Below, in pieces: positions 10,417 through 20,085 of a DNA stretch of 64,000 nucleotides. The notes under the pieces are model-generated. The model did not search any database and had not been told where the DNA came from. It saw only the letters and a list, made by a program, of their open reading frames with translations. The DNA comes from Candidatus Methanoperedenaceae archaeon GB37 (GTDB taxonomy: Archaea > Halobacteriota > Methanosarcinia > Methanosarcinales > EX4572-44). The stretch is taken from positions 1,146,150 through 1,210,149 of the forward strand of contig LR991653.1 in assembly GCA_905171695.1 (NCBI GenBank), written 5' to 3'. Both the position numbers and the translations under genes were made by a program. The number at the start of each line of letters is the position of its first letter. Position 1 is the first letter of the stretch.

Positions 10417-12112
10417 GGTTTTCTGCCACTTCTTCTCCTATGGCCTGCATCGTCTTCTGAGGATCTACATAATAGCTCTGGATGAGCGAGATTATGTCGT
10501 ATTCATCCATATCCTCTTCCACCATGTGGTTCAGGAGCTTCTTTCGGTTCTCGAGTTCCAATCTAAGCCTCTCTTCGTCCCAGTTGAGTTTGAACATAAT
10601 ATCTTCAAGAATGAAGGATCTGCCGTTCTGGATGAATGTATCGGTCTTAGGATCCCACTCGTACAGATCATTGAAGAGCAGGTCCTGCGTTCGTTGGTCC
10701 ATTCCTGTGAACTCGACCAGTGTCTCAAGGCGGCGTACTCGTCTCCCTCCCACCTGTAAAAGCCTCTGGATACAGAGGATATCAAGCGCCTGGATCATCA
10801 CATGAGGCACGTTTATCGGCTCGCCTTCAAGTCGGCTGATGATGGTGTTCACCGATTCAGCATGGATCGTTGAGTATGTGGTATGCCCGGTGTTCATCGC
10901 TTGGAAGAGCGTCAGTGCTTCAGGTCCCCGAATCTCTCCCACGATGATGTACTCCGGGCGCTGGCGCAGTGCTCCTCTCAGGAGTTCGTACATGTCAATC
11001 TCGTTTGCGTTTCCTTCTCTCTGCGACTCCCGTGTGAGCGTGCCTATCCAGTTTGCGTGGTGAAGTACGAGTTCCTGTGTGTCCTCGATCGATACGATCT
11101 TTGCAAGTGGTGGTATGAAGAGTGAGATTGCATTGAGTGTAGACGTCTTCCCTGCTGCCGTTGCACCTGCAATGATGATGTTCTTCCCGTTCTCGACTGC
11201 AAGCCAGAGGTATGCAAGTATCTCGGCTGTGTATGTTCCGCTCTTGATCAGGTCTGCCGGGGTGAATGCGTGCTCTCTGAACTTTCGTATGGTAAAAGAA
11301 CTTCCTCTGAAGGTCACTTCTCTACCAAGCGATGCGTTCAAGCGTGATCCGTCTGGGAGTGTGCTGTTTATCAGTGGCTCCCCTATAGATATGTGCTTTC
11401 CGCATAGCTGTGAAAGCTTCATCACGAACGAGTTGAGCCTCTCCTCGGTGAAGGATATGTTCGTCTTGATATTCTGATATTTTCTATGGTACAAGAAGAT
11501 CGGAATATCTGCACCGTCACATGATATGTCCTCGATCATCGCGTCTCTCATCAGTGGATCGATCCTCTCATATCCAATGTAGTCTCTCTTGAGGTAGTAC
11601 AGGATCTTGTGGAGTGCTGGCTGCTCGACGTCGATAGAGTATCCTTCGATCAGCTCAAGTGTCTTTCTCTCCAGCACCTCGCTCTTCACCGCATCTGAAT
11701 CGTCATGGAGGATGCTTGTGTCATAGGGCGTGAGCGTGTCAAGCAGGTTCTCATAGACCGTCTCAAGCAGGATGCGCTCTGATGGTGCAAGCTCTGGCTC
11801 CACCACATAATAGAGGTACTCTTTTCTCTCGTCGTTGTAGAGTATTGAGACCAGTGCGTAGGGCTCATTGACCCAGTATCGCTCCTCCTCCCGGTAGCCT
11901 GAAAGCCCGTTGAACGTTACAAGTGGTCCGAATCTCTCTGGAGTGTACGGTTCAAGCACGACTCTTCTTCGTAGGAGTAGCTGAAGGTACTGTTTCAGGT
12001 CTGTATACTCTTCTCCAATCCAGCTTTTAAATCCACCCACCTTCTCTCTTACTGTGCGTTCTTCACCAACTCTCTCTTCTTCTCTCTTCCTTTTCACCAG
12101 TTGTGAACTCAT
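10400..12112 (-). CDS. Type II/IV secretion ATPase (FlaI/PilB/VirB11 family)
   Basis: Walker A GATAAGKT, LRQRPEYIIVGEIRG, NTGH...STIHA. Confidence 0.93.
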   Translation of the reverse strand: MSSQLVKRKREEERVGEERTVREKVGGFKSWIGEEYTDLKQYLQLLLRRRVVLEPYTPERFGPLVTFNGLSGYREEERYWVNEPYALVSILYNDERKEYLYYVVEPELAPSERILLETVYENLLDTLTPYDTSILHDDSDAVKSEVLERKTLELIEGYSIDVEQPALHKILYYLKRDYIGYERIDPLMRDAMIEDISCDGADIPIFLYHRKYQNIKTNISFTEERLNSFVMKLSQLCGKHISIGEPLINSTLPDGSRLNASLGREVTFRGSSFTIRKFREHAFTPADLIKSGTYTAEILAYLWLAVENGKNIIIAGATAAGKTSTLNAISLFIPPLAKIVSIEDTQELVLHHANWIGTLTRESQREGNANEIDMYELLRGALRQRPEYIIVGEIRGPEALTLFQAMNTGHTTYSTIHAESVNTIISRLEGEPINVPHVMIQALDILCIQRLLQVGGRRVRRLETLVEFTGMDQRTQDLLFNDLYEWDPKTDTFIQNGRSFILEDIMFKLNWDEERLRLELENRKKLLNHMVEEDMDEYDIISLIQSYYVDPQKTMQAIGEEVAENHEPTS

Positions 12113-12136
12113 ATTTTTTTTACCTGCGCGTTATCT

Positions 12137-13135
12137 GTGATGAAGGGCTTTCATTCTGCCATCCAGCAGAACAATACAATACTAGAATATAATACTATTA
12201 TAATTATAACTGAGTATAAACTTTTCGCCAAAAATACATTAAAAATTTATAATACAAAAAACATAGTATATCACGGTGATAACATCAAACCCGCAAAGAT
12301 CCCTACATGCATAGAATCACTCGACACCATCCTCCACGGCGGACTACCGAGAGGGTCGCTCACACTACTGCTCGAAGACGGTGGAGCAGGCGGATTCGAA
12401 TTCGCAATCACAACAGCAGCACGGACGCTGCAAAAAAACACCAGAACGCCGGGCGAAGACTCAATAGTTCCAGAAAAAGTCTGCTACATCACATTCACCC
12501 GGTCAAAAGAGGACATAATGAACGAAATAGCCCTATCCTTCCAAAAACACCACGCAACAATCGAAGAAAAGATGAAACAAAGCCGCATAGAATTCAAAGA
12601 ATTCTCAGAAGCCTACTTTGCCAGTTCCTTCATACCCACCAGATGGAGAAACAGATCAAAAAGAGAGCCATCCCTCAGATCACTCAAATGGAGCGAAGAA
12701 GAAGAGAACCTGATCGAAGCACTGATAGAATACCTTGATAAGAACGCAGACTCAAGCCTCATAATCATCGACTCGCTAACAGCACTCGTACAATACTCTC
12801 TCCAACACATGAAATGGAACGACCTCATACTCTTCCTCTACGGAATTCAAAGAGCCTCAAAAGACTGGAAAGGACTCATCTACACACTACTGAACAGAAA
12901 CATCTGCAACAGAAGAAAGCAGGAAGAGATCGCAGACTGCACAGACGGAGTAATCGTCTTCAAATGGAACGACCCCGGAGGATCAACACAGAGAGAACGC
13001 ATAATGCAGATCGAGAAACTCAGAGGAGTGCTCCCAACACTGTACCATGAGAATATCGCCAACTTCGAGATACAGATAACACCACAGAAAGGCTTCGAGA
13101 TATCCAACATAAAGAGAGTCAGAGGCAGAGTATGA
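12137..13135 (+). CDS. KaiC/RAD55-like ATPase-fold protein with degenerate Walker A; start uncertain
   Basis: IPTCIESLDTILHGGLPRGS, then EDGGAGGFEF where GxxGxGKT is expected; IIIDSLT and IEKLRG motifs. No in-frame ATG/GTG near the homology start (~12284). Confidence 0.75.
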   Translation: MMKGFHSAIQQNNTILEYNTIIIITEYKLFAKNTLKIYNTKNIVYHGDNIKPAKIPTCIESLDTILHGGLPRGSLTLLLEDGGAGGFEFAITTAARTLQKNTRTPGEDSIVPEKVCYITFTRSKEDIMNEIALSFQKHHATIEEKMKQSRIEFKEFSEAYFASSFIPTRWRNRSKREPSLRSLKWSEEEENLIEALIEYLDKNADSSLIIIDSLTALVQYSLQHMKWNDLILFLYGIQRASKDWKGLIYTLLNRNICNRRKQEEIADCTDGVIVFKWNDPGGSTQRERIMQIEKLRGVLPTLYHENIANFEIQITPQKGFEISNIKRVRGRV

Positions 13136-13830
13136 AACTCATAAGCACAGGCATACCAGGACTTGACGAGATGCTTGGAGGAGGCATACCCAAAGGGCAC
13201 ATCACAGTGATCATAGGACCGCCAGGCACAGGCAAATCAACACTCGCCCTCCAGTTCATTCACACAGGACTGAAGAAGAACGAGAACTGCACCTACCTAA
13301 GCCTCGAGGAAGACGAAGAAGACCTGATCAGAACAGCAGCAAGCTTCCAATGGAACCTAAAACCCTACACCGAGAATGGAAAACTCGCACTCACAAGATT
13401 CAGCGCACACAACATCAAAGCAACCATAGACAGAGTCGAAAACGACCTACAAAAGATACTCGAAACCTTCAAACCAGAACGATTCGCAATGGACCCGATC
13501 ACACTATACGAGATGATACACGACACAGACCAAGAACGCCGCACCTGCCTATTCCACTTCACCCAGATGATAAAGAACATCAAAACAACAGCAATCCTCA
13601 CATCCGAGATCAACCCAAGAAACCCCAACTACTCCAGATACGGACTCCTCGAATACGTAGCAGACGGAGTCATACTCCTCAAATACATAAGACCAGAAAA
13701 TTCAAAAACCACTGTAACAGCCATCGAAATACTGAAAATGAGACGCATAAGCCACTCAAAAGAAACCAGACCCTACACCATAACACAGAACGGAATCAAC
13801 GTCCACTCCGAAAGCGAAGTATTCGTATAA
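13132..13830 (+). CDS. KaiC-domain (RAD55-like) ATPase
   Basis: STGIPGLDEMLGGGIP, Walker A GPPGTGKS, ILKMRR. ATGA overlap with the upstream gene. Confidence 0.9.
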   Translation: MKLISTGIPGLDEMLGGGIPKGHITVIIGPPGTGKSTLALQFIHTGLKKNENCTYLSLEEDEEDLIRTAASFQWNLKPYTENGKLALTRFSAHNIKATIDRVENDLQKILETFKPERFAMDPITLYEMIHDTDQERRTCLFHFTQMIKNIKTTAILTSEINPRNPNYSRYGLLEYVADGVILLKYIRPENSKTTVTAIEILKMRRISHSKETRPYTITQNGINVHSESEVFV

Positions 13831-14109
13831 CTATTTTATATGACATTCTTATATGACATTCCGCCCGCTCGGCATTGGAACAAAGCTCTCGGATGGTCTT
13901 GTACAATATGTTACATATGTTCTTTGTCCATTGTGTTTTTTTAGGGATATCTGCTTTAGCGGAATTGCTAAATGGGGTTGCTTTTTTCTCGTTTATGACG
14001 TTTATTTTTTCTGTTATCATAAAGTCGCCTTTTTTAACTTTCACTCGTCTCATGGTTAGGATATTCATAGATATCCTTTTGTGCTTTGTGGTTGTGGTGT
14101 AGAATATGA

Positions 14110-14230
14110 CTTTAGATTTTAGAGTGGGATAGAAAAAGAGGGAGATTGTCAAGCAGAGGTTGAGAAAACTCCCTGAGTATGTTAGAGATGCTGTAAGCAA
14201 TCTTAACATTGAGAAGAAAGCTGGAAGGTG
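14110..14230 (+). pseudogene. Possible ISNCY-type transposase 5' remnant
   Basis: EIVKQRLRKLPEYVRDAVSNLNIEKKAGR resembles the N-terminus of archaeal ISNCY transposases, from recall only. Confidence 0.35.
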
Positions 14231-14470
14231 AGCTACAAGACGATAGAGAGACTCTACTTCGGATGAAGAAGTTAAGACGGTTTTACACAATCACTCTGTT
14301 TTGTTGTTAAGAGAATAAGGAATATCTAAAGATCTCTCAGGAGACAGAACCAGTTACAGTATCACAGTAATAAAAACACTACAAGAACAAGCCCAATAAG
14401 AAAAGTGAACTACCAGCCCCTGAAGGGGCTGGTGTCCTTCCCCACCCTATATGTTTCGTGTTCCACATGT

Positions 14471-15011
14471 TCACATTGCAAAGTCGGATAGTGATGTCTG
14501 TCCTTCTTTGATTGTTTTCTGTTTCAAGCTGAAGTGCTCGTAGTCATCATCTTGCCAGTGTTTCTTTTGCTGTCGTTCGATATAGAACTGAACCATGTCG
14601 CTCGTAACGCGTCCCACTGATTCGTAGAAGTAACCGTCTGACCAGAAATGGTCTCCCCAGAGTTTTTTTGGAAACATCATTCCAACACTGTCTTCGAACA
14701 ACGTAGGATGAATATCCTTTCAGTTGTTCTGCGAGCTTGGCAGCACTATAGTTCTTGCAATCAATAACGAATACATGCATATGATCAGGTCCAAACTCTA
14801 TTGCACCTATTCGAACTTTGAGCATCCGGGCTTTGTCCCAAATAGCCGTTCGTACCACATTCTGAATCTCTTCTGATAAAAACACATCTCACCTGTATTT
14901 CGGCGTGCCTTGATTACTACGTAATCAAGGGTTGCTTACGAAGTAAGCAACCAACTGAAGGTGAAAGTTCGATCCGCCGAAACTGTGTCGAGCTGCCGCT
15001 AATCGAGTCAT
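14471..15011 (-). pseudogene. tnpA: Y1 HUH transposase TnpA, inactivated three ways
   Basis: MTRLAAARHSFGGSNFHLQ[45-bp insert]TPKYR*DVF...PDHMHVF (HUH)...frameshift in the A7 run...FWSDGYFYESVG (catalytic Tyr region). Confidence 0.88.
14908..14952. repeat. 45-bp twin-hairpin insertion within tnpA
   Basis: CCTTGATTAC-TAC-GTAATCAAGG followed by (G)GTTGCTTAC-GAA-GTAAGCAACC. Removing it restores CTT CAG TTC ACG CCG (LQFTP); no target duplication. Confidence 0.85.
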
Positions 15012-15201
15012 CCTATAGACCTCCAAAGATTTTTAAAATCCTACGCTAATACTATAACTCCCCTTGCGGGGAGCGCCGAAAATTTAGCACATAACGGTCA
15101 AGCAGACCCAATAATATGGCTTTCACTCTGTTACTAGAACCCCAATGCGACTAAACATTTCGGCATCCTGATTCATCCAGAGCCTGAAGGCTCTGGCGTT
15201 C

Positions 15202-15651
15202 TCAGTACCTTTGCAAGTAAACAGAATATAAGAGATAACCAGCCAAACCAGAAACAATACCCGAAAACCCACAAGATCGTATGGGCGCTGATGCAAGATA
15301 AATTGTTGATAAAGAACAGAGTACTGGTAGTACAGTAAAAAATAGAGCCATATTGATGTAGAATTTCTTTCTATTAGTCCTGAAGAAGAGTATCAAGTAA
15401 ATTAGAAGGAAATAATTAAGTAAATTCCATCTTAAGTGATGCCATAAATCTGTATGGACAAAGTTGGAGAGGTATATGCTGATCCAGGTGGGATTGGACG
15501 TCTGGAGGATGAGAACTCTCTCAAGCTCTGGATGAAAATGAACCATGATGTAAACGATGATCAAGAACAGAGGTACTATGAAATAAAAGATAAACCAGTC
15601 AAGCTTCTTATCATCCTTTAAGCAACCAAAATCAAGGTAATTTTCTTTCAT
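15202..15651 (-). pseudogene. Rhomboid-like intramembrane protease, C-terminally truncated at the IS605 end
   Basis: Multi-TM; FVH...HLRWN and CGFSGIVSG (GxSG) motifs. Reading frame stops at the 15177-15196 IS hairpin before the catalytic His helix. Confidence 0.6.
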
Positions 15652-15659
15652 TTCTCCAC

Positions 15660-15845
15660 CACCCTCACCCACTCATGCCCTTTTATCTTATCAATCCACT
15701 CCATGATCTCCCTATCTGCTTTGATTGCTTCGACAACTTCAATTATTGTTTTTAAGTTCTTATTCTCTAAATCTTTTAATTCTTTCTCTTCTTCTGGTTT
15801 TAGATTTCCTTCCAACTACACCTTCCAGTACAGCCGCGCCCAGCG
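15660..15845 (-). repeat. Diverged second copy of the methyltransferase 3' end (matches 16548-16733)
   Basis: ~185 bp, roughly 85% identical by eye. Reads RWARLYWKV*LEGNLKPEEEKELKDLENKNLKTIIEVVEAIKADREIMEWIDKIKGHEWVRVVEK. Confidence 0.9.
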
Positions 15846-15870
15846 TGGTGATCGATGCTTTTCCATTATT

Positions 15871-16300
15871 TCATTCAAATCCAAGCTCTTCTGGCGTTAC
15901 TGCTCTAATGCTCTCTATTCTCTCGAAATGCTTCGTATTCCTTGTTACAACCTCTTCAATCCCAACAGAGATGGCGGATGCTGCAATCAGACAATCGTTA
16001 AGCTCTATCTCTCCACCACTTTTTACCAGAGACGAATAAATTCTGCCACATTCAACTGCAATCGCCTTGTTAACATCTATCAGAATCACAGGAGTGAGGA
16101 GATCAAGCGTCTTTTTTAAAGCATCCCTTCTCGGTGACAGGTAAGCTCCCACACTAAGCTCGGCAACGGTGATCACAGAGGCAAATCCGGTATTCACCCC
16201 CTGAAGGGATTTGAGGAAAGATTCAGATGCAGATACCACATCTCTCCACATCTCTCTTGAGACAGTCCACAAAGATGGATGTATCCACAAATAACCTCAT
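15871..16300 (-). pseudogene. vapC: VapC/PIN toxin frameshifted by a 10-bp tandem duplication
   Basis: True start MRLFVDTSIFVDCL at 16300. CACATCTCTC x2 at 16237-16256; removing one copy gives a 139-aa PIN protein ending with VVTRNTKHF. Confidence 0.88.
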
Positions 16301-16524
16301 TCTATCCAGTCCAGTCGTTTAGAACCTCTCAACCCTCTAACAAACTCAGCACTATCTACATCATATCCCCAGGCACCAGAAGAAGCCTCCACCACATCTT
16401 CTCCAAGCTCCTTTAACCTCTCCTCCCTCACCATATCAAGTATCGAATGAAGCTCCCTCTCCAGGGCAAGTAGCTTTCTCTCCAAATTCACAGCAGATAT
16501 CATAATTTCATCTTTGCCTTTCAT
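16297..16524 (-). CDS. Putative VapB-type antitoxin
   Basis: 75 aa upstream of the PIN gene with ATGA overlaps on both sides; C-terminal GAWG...FVRGLR pattern seen in archaeal antitoxins. Confidence 0.65.
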   Translation of the reverse strand: MKGKDEIMISAVNLERKLLALERELHSILDMVREERLKELGEDVVEASSGAWGYDVDSAEFVRGLRGSKRLDWIE

Positions 16525-19500
16525 CTAAATATAATCATCCCTTCAATCACCCTCACCCACTCATGCCCTTTAATCCTCTCCACCCACTCCATGATCTCCC
16601 TATCTGCTTTGATTGCCTTGACAACTTCAATTATTGTTTTTAAGTTCTCATTCTCTAAATCTTTTAATTCTTTCTCTTCTTCTGGTTTTAGATTTTCTTT
16701 AAGCTGCGCCTTCCAGTAAAGCTTACTCCAGCGATCGTAATTTATGGGCTTGAGGTGTTTTGAGACCGCCTCTAACAGGTATTCCCTCGGTTCTGGATAC
16801 TTCTGGATACAAGCCGTCTTCTGCGAATTTCTCGTTGAAGTAGAGTTCGTAAACCAGGCTATCTGCAATCTGGCGGTCAAAGAATTCTATTGTGTCTTTG
16901 AGCTTGTTTCTGCGTTCCTCGGTGGCGTTGAGGAAGAGGAGGTAGTTACAGAGTATTGATACAGTGCTAATTACTTTTTCGTCAATTTCCTTAAAATTCG
17001 GAAGTGGAAAGTCTCTGACGTGCTTCGGATAGACATGAGAGTATGAACCTTGTAAACTCCCCGTTGCATACACATTCCCATAAAAGAAAGACATAAGCTT
17101 TGAGTTGAGAATACATAAAATAAATTCTGGCGTATAATTGTGGCACTCAATTATATCATATCCTTTAAATTTCGTTTTATCTTCTGGTTTGAGATTTTTG
17201 TAGTCTGTCGCCAATATTAGACCATCATCGCAATACATCTTTAAACGATCAATTGATCCAAACACGCTCTCATTTGCACCAGATATTTTCCTCACAACTA
17301 TTTTAGGTGATTCAAAAAGTTCAGGAACTCGTGGACCATACATAATCTGAGGAATATAATCAAGTTTAAGACCGCGATATCTTATTTCAAACCTTGACAA
17401 ATCTTTCCCTTCAAAAAACTTCTTTGGGTTTTCTTTCGGCTCTTTTGTAAGAAGATATTCCTCTCCAAACTCTCCTTTTTTCTTGCTCGATATTTGAGCA
17501 CCATAATTCACATAATAAATGTTCCCCAATTTAACTCCCGTTTTATTCATCTTTTCTATTATCTCCATCGTTGTGCTATCAGATTCGTATCTAAACTGTG
17601 ATTGGTGTAAACCATACCAAACCTTTTGTTGAACCTTATTTATCGTTTTTATCTCACCTTTTTCATCAACAAACTGTATCTTTATCTCATTCTCTTGGTC
17701 TACAGGAGTTGCAAGCTTCAGAACAAAAACAACACTTTGCCTCGATACACCCACAAATAAGTTTTGTTCACCACCGATTAATAAGTGTGTCATCGTGGTA
17801 TTTTCCAAGATATATCTCCTAATTTCTGTTGCGTATTTTTCTCTACAGATCGGATTTGGCAAAACATAAGAGAGATACCCTCCTATTTTTATTATCTTCG
17901 TTGCTTGGAGAATAAAGGGCATGTATATATCCCAGTGGGATTTTAATCCACATTTGTCTGAGTAAAGCATTGGTAAAATCTCTCTGGAGGTTTTATTAGA
18001 CTTTTCCATTTCCCAAGCACTGACATACGGCGGATTCCCCACCACCACATCAAACCCACCCTTCTCCAGAAACACCTCTGGGAACTCAAAAATCCAGTGG
18101 AATGTCTTTATCTTCTTCAAATCCTCTAAATCAATCCCATGCTCCTCTGCAAACTTCTCATCAAGCTTTTTGTTGAATAACTCGGTAATATCCTTCAAAA
18201 GTTTATTCAGCTTAACAGCATACCTTGAATTTAGCGAGGCTACAAGCACCTGAATGAGCTTCTCTTTCGTTCTCAAAACCTTCTCAAACTCGCTCCACCT
18301 TATCTTCTTTGATGAGAGAATGCGGTTCATCTCCTGGATCTCTTTAACAAGATCCCCCTCAATCTTCAGCGATCTGGAAATCTCTGGTAGGTATTTCCTG
18401 AGCTCCTCATCAACCTTTATTCTTTCCTGAATATACTCAATCTCGTGATCCTCAAATTCAAAGTCGAGGGTCACCTGCGGTCTTTCCTTCTTCCCTCTCG
18501 GAACATCAACATAACCTATAAGCGAGTTCCCATCTCTCAGATTGAAATGCACATTCGGAAATCGTATGAAAACACCCGCATTGACGTTGAAGTGTCTTGC
18601 CAGAGTTAAGAAAAGCCTCGCTCTCGCAACCTTCAACGCTGAGGGATTAATATCAACTCCATAGATGTTCCTTGAGAGGATTATGAAGAACTTGACACAT
18701 ACCTCAAACAACCCTTCCTTTTCAGGAATCTCAAGCAGGTTCAACGGCTTGATTTTACCATCCTCATCAGCGACAAGAATCTCAAGCTTCTTAATCCCCA
18801 CCTCCTCAGCCTTATCTCTCAGCTTCCTGTAAATATCAACCAGCACGTTTATGGCACCCTCTAAAAAGTGGGCTGAGCCTACTGCAGGATCAAGGATCTT
18901 TATTTTCGTAAGCAATTCAAAGAGCTTAAGCAATTCTTTTTTCTCTCCAGCGTTTATTATCTCATCTATACTCTTGTAACTTTTCCCGGATTCTTCATTT
19001 ATCCTGTCAACTAAATAAGGCTCAATTGTGTTCCTGCAGATGTAAGATGTGATCTCCTCTGGGGTGTAGAAGGCTCCGAGCTTCTTTCTCTCCATGTAGG
19101 TGATGAGCTTTTCATAAATCGATCCGAGGACGTATTCATCAATATCGCCATCAACCCAGTCTCTACTCTCAAAGAGATTGAGCAAAGGCACATCAAAATT
19201 AATATCTTCCTCGGAAATCATCCTCCTCCTGCCTTTAGGCGTTAAATTGACGAGCTCCTTTGTAATTCCTTCCCGATAGAAGCATTTGTCAGGAATAGTA
19301 ATTGCGAGATCGTCTTCCCCATTAAGAAAGACTGCCGGACCTATAACGACGCATTTACCGATCTCCTCATCCTCTGCAAAAGGTTCATCCGAGTAACCAC
19401 TTATCTGTCTGAAGAAATGCTTTAAAAATCCATAATAACTCTCGAATCCCCCAGTTAGTTTTTTCTGCTTCAGCTCCTTAAACTTTGTGATAAAATAATG

Positions 19501-20085
19501 CCTGTCATTGTTGAAAAAGCCCTTCTCCTGCAGATACCACAGTGTCAGCATCTGCATCATAAAGTTGTCAACAAATTCCTCTCTCCGCGCCTCTTCAGGG
19601 ATGCCTTTAACATTCTTAAGTAAAAACTCCCTGCATTTCTTGTAAAGAACATAAAACTCCTCTATTACATCCGACCTGCTTAACAAAGCCGATATATTCT
19701 CGCTCTTGGGCTCCTCTAAAGCTTTTTTCAGCTTTTTGAGGAAAGGATCGTTGATTTTGGCTATCGTCTTTCTTATCTGCTTGTTTGCTCTGTAATCTTT
19801 GACGACAAGCTCATCATTTCTATAAATTATAATCCCAATCCTCCCAACGTAACTGCCAAGGGGTTTGTAATTCATCAGCTCAGAAAGCTCTGCTTTCTTA
19901 TCAGTTTCAGCAAAAAGGAAGCCTTCAAACAGGTTGATATCTTCATCTTTTACGAAAATGTAGTCTTTGTCCTCTTTAGGAATATAGATAAGGTAGTTTT
20001 TCCCAGAAATTTCTATCCCCTCTTCCTCATACTTCTTAAGCCTCTTATCAATCTCTTTTTTCAGCTCTTCAGGCTTAACAACCAT
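16521..20085 (-). pseudogene. Eco57I/TaqI-like N6-adenine DNA methyltransferase with C-terminal TRD; tail frameshifted by a 10-bp duplication
   Basis: GAFYTPEEI, LDPAVGSAHF (motif I), DIN, GNPPY (motif IV). TTCTGGATAC x2 at 16791-16810; removing one copy gives a single 1184-aa frame ending at 16521. Confidence 0.88.

Larger units (their letters stand above)
14405..15200 (-). mobile_element. IS200/IS605-family element carrying tnpA only (no tnpB)
   Basis: Subterminal hairpins at 14412-14433 (minus strand GGACACCAGCCCC-TTCA-GGGGCTGGTAGTTCAC), 15058-15073 and 15177-15196 bracket a tnpA pseudogene. Outer boundary approximate. Confidence 0.75.
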
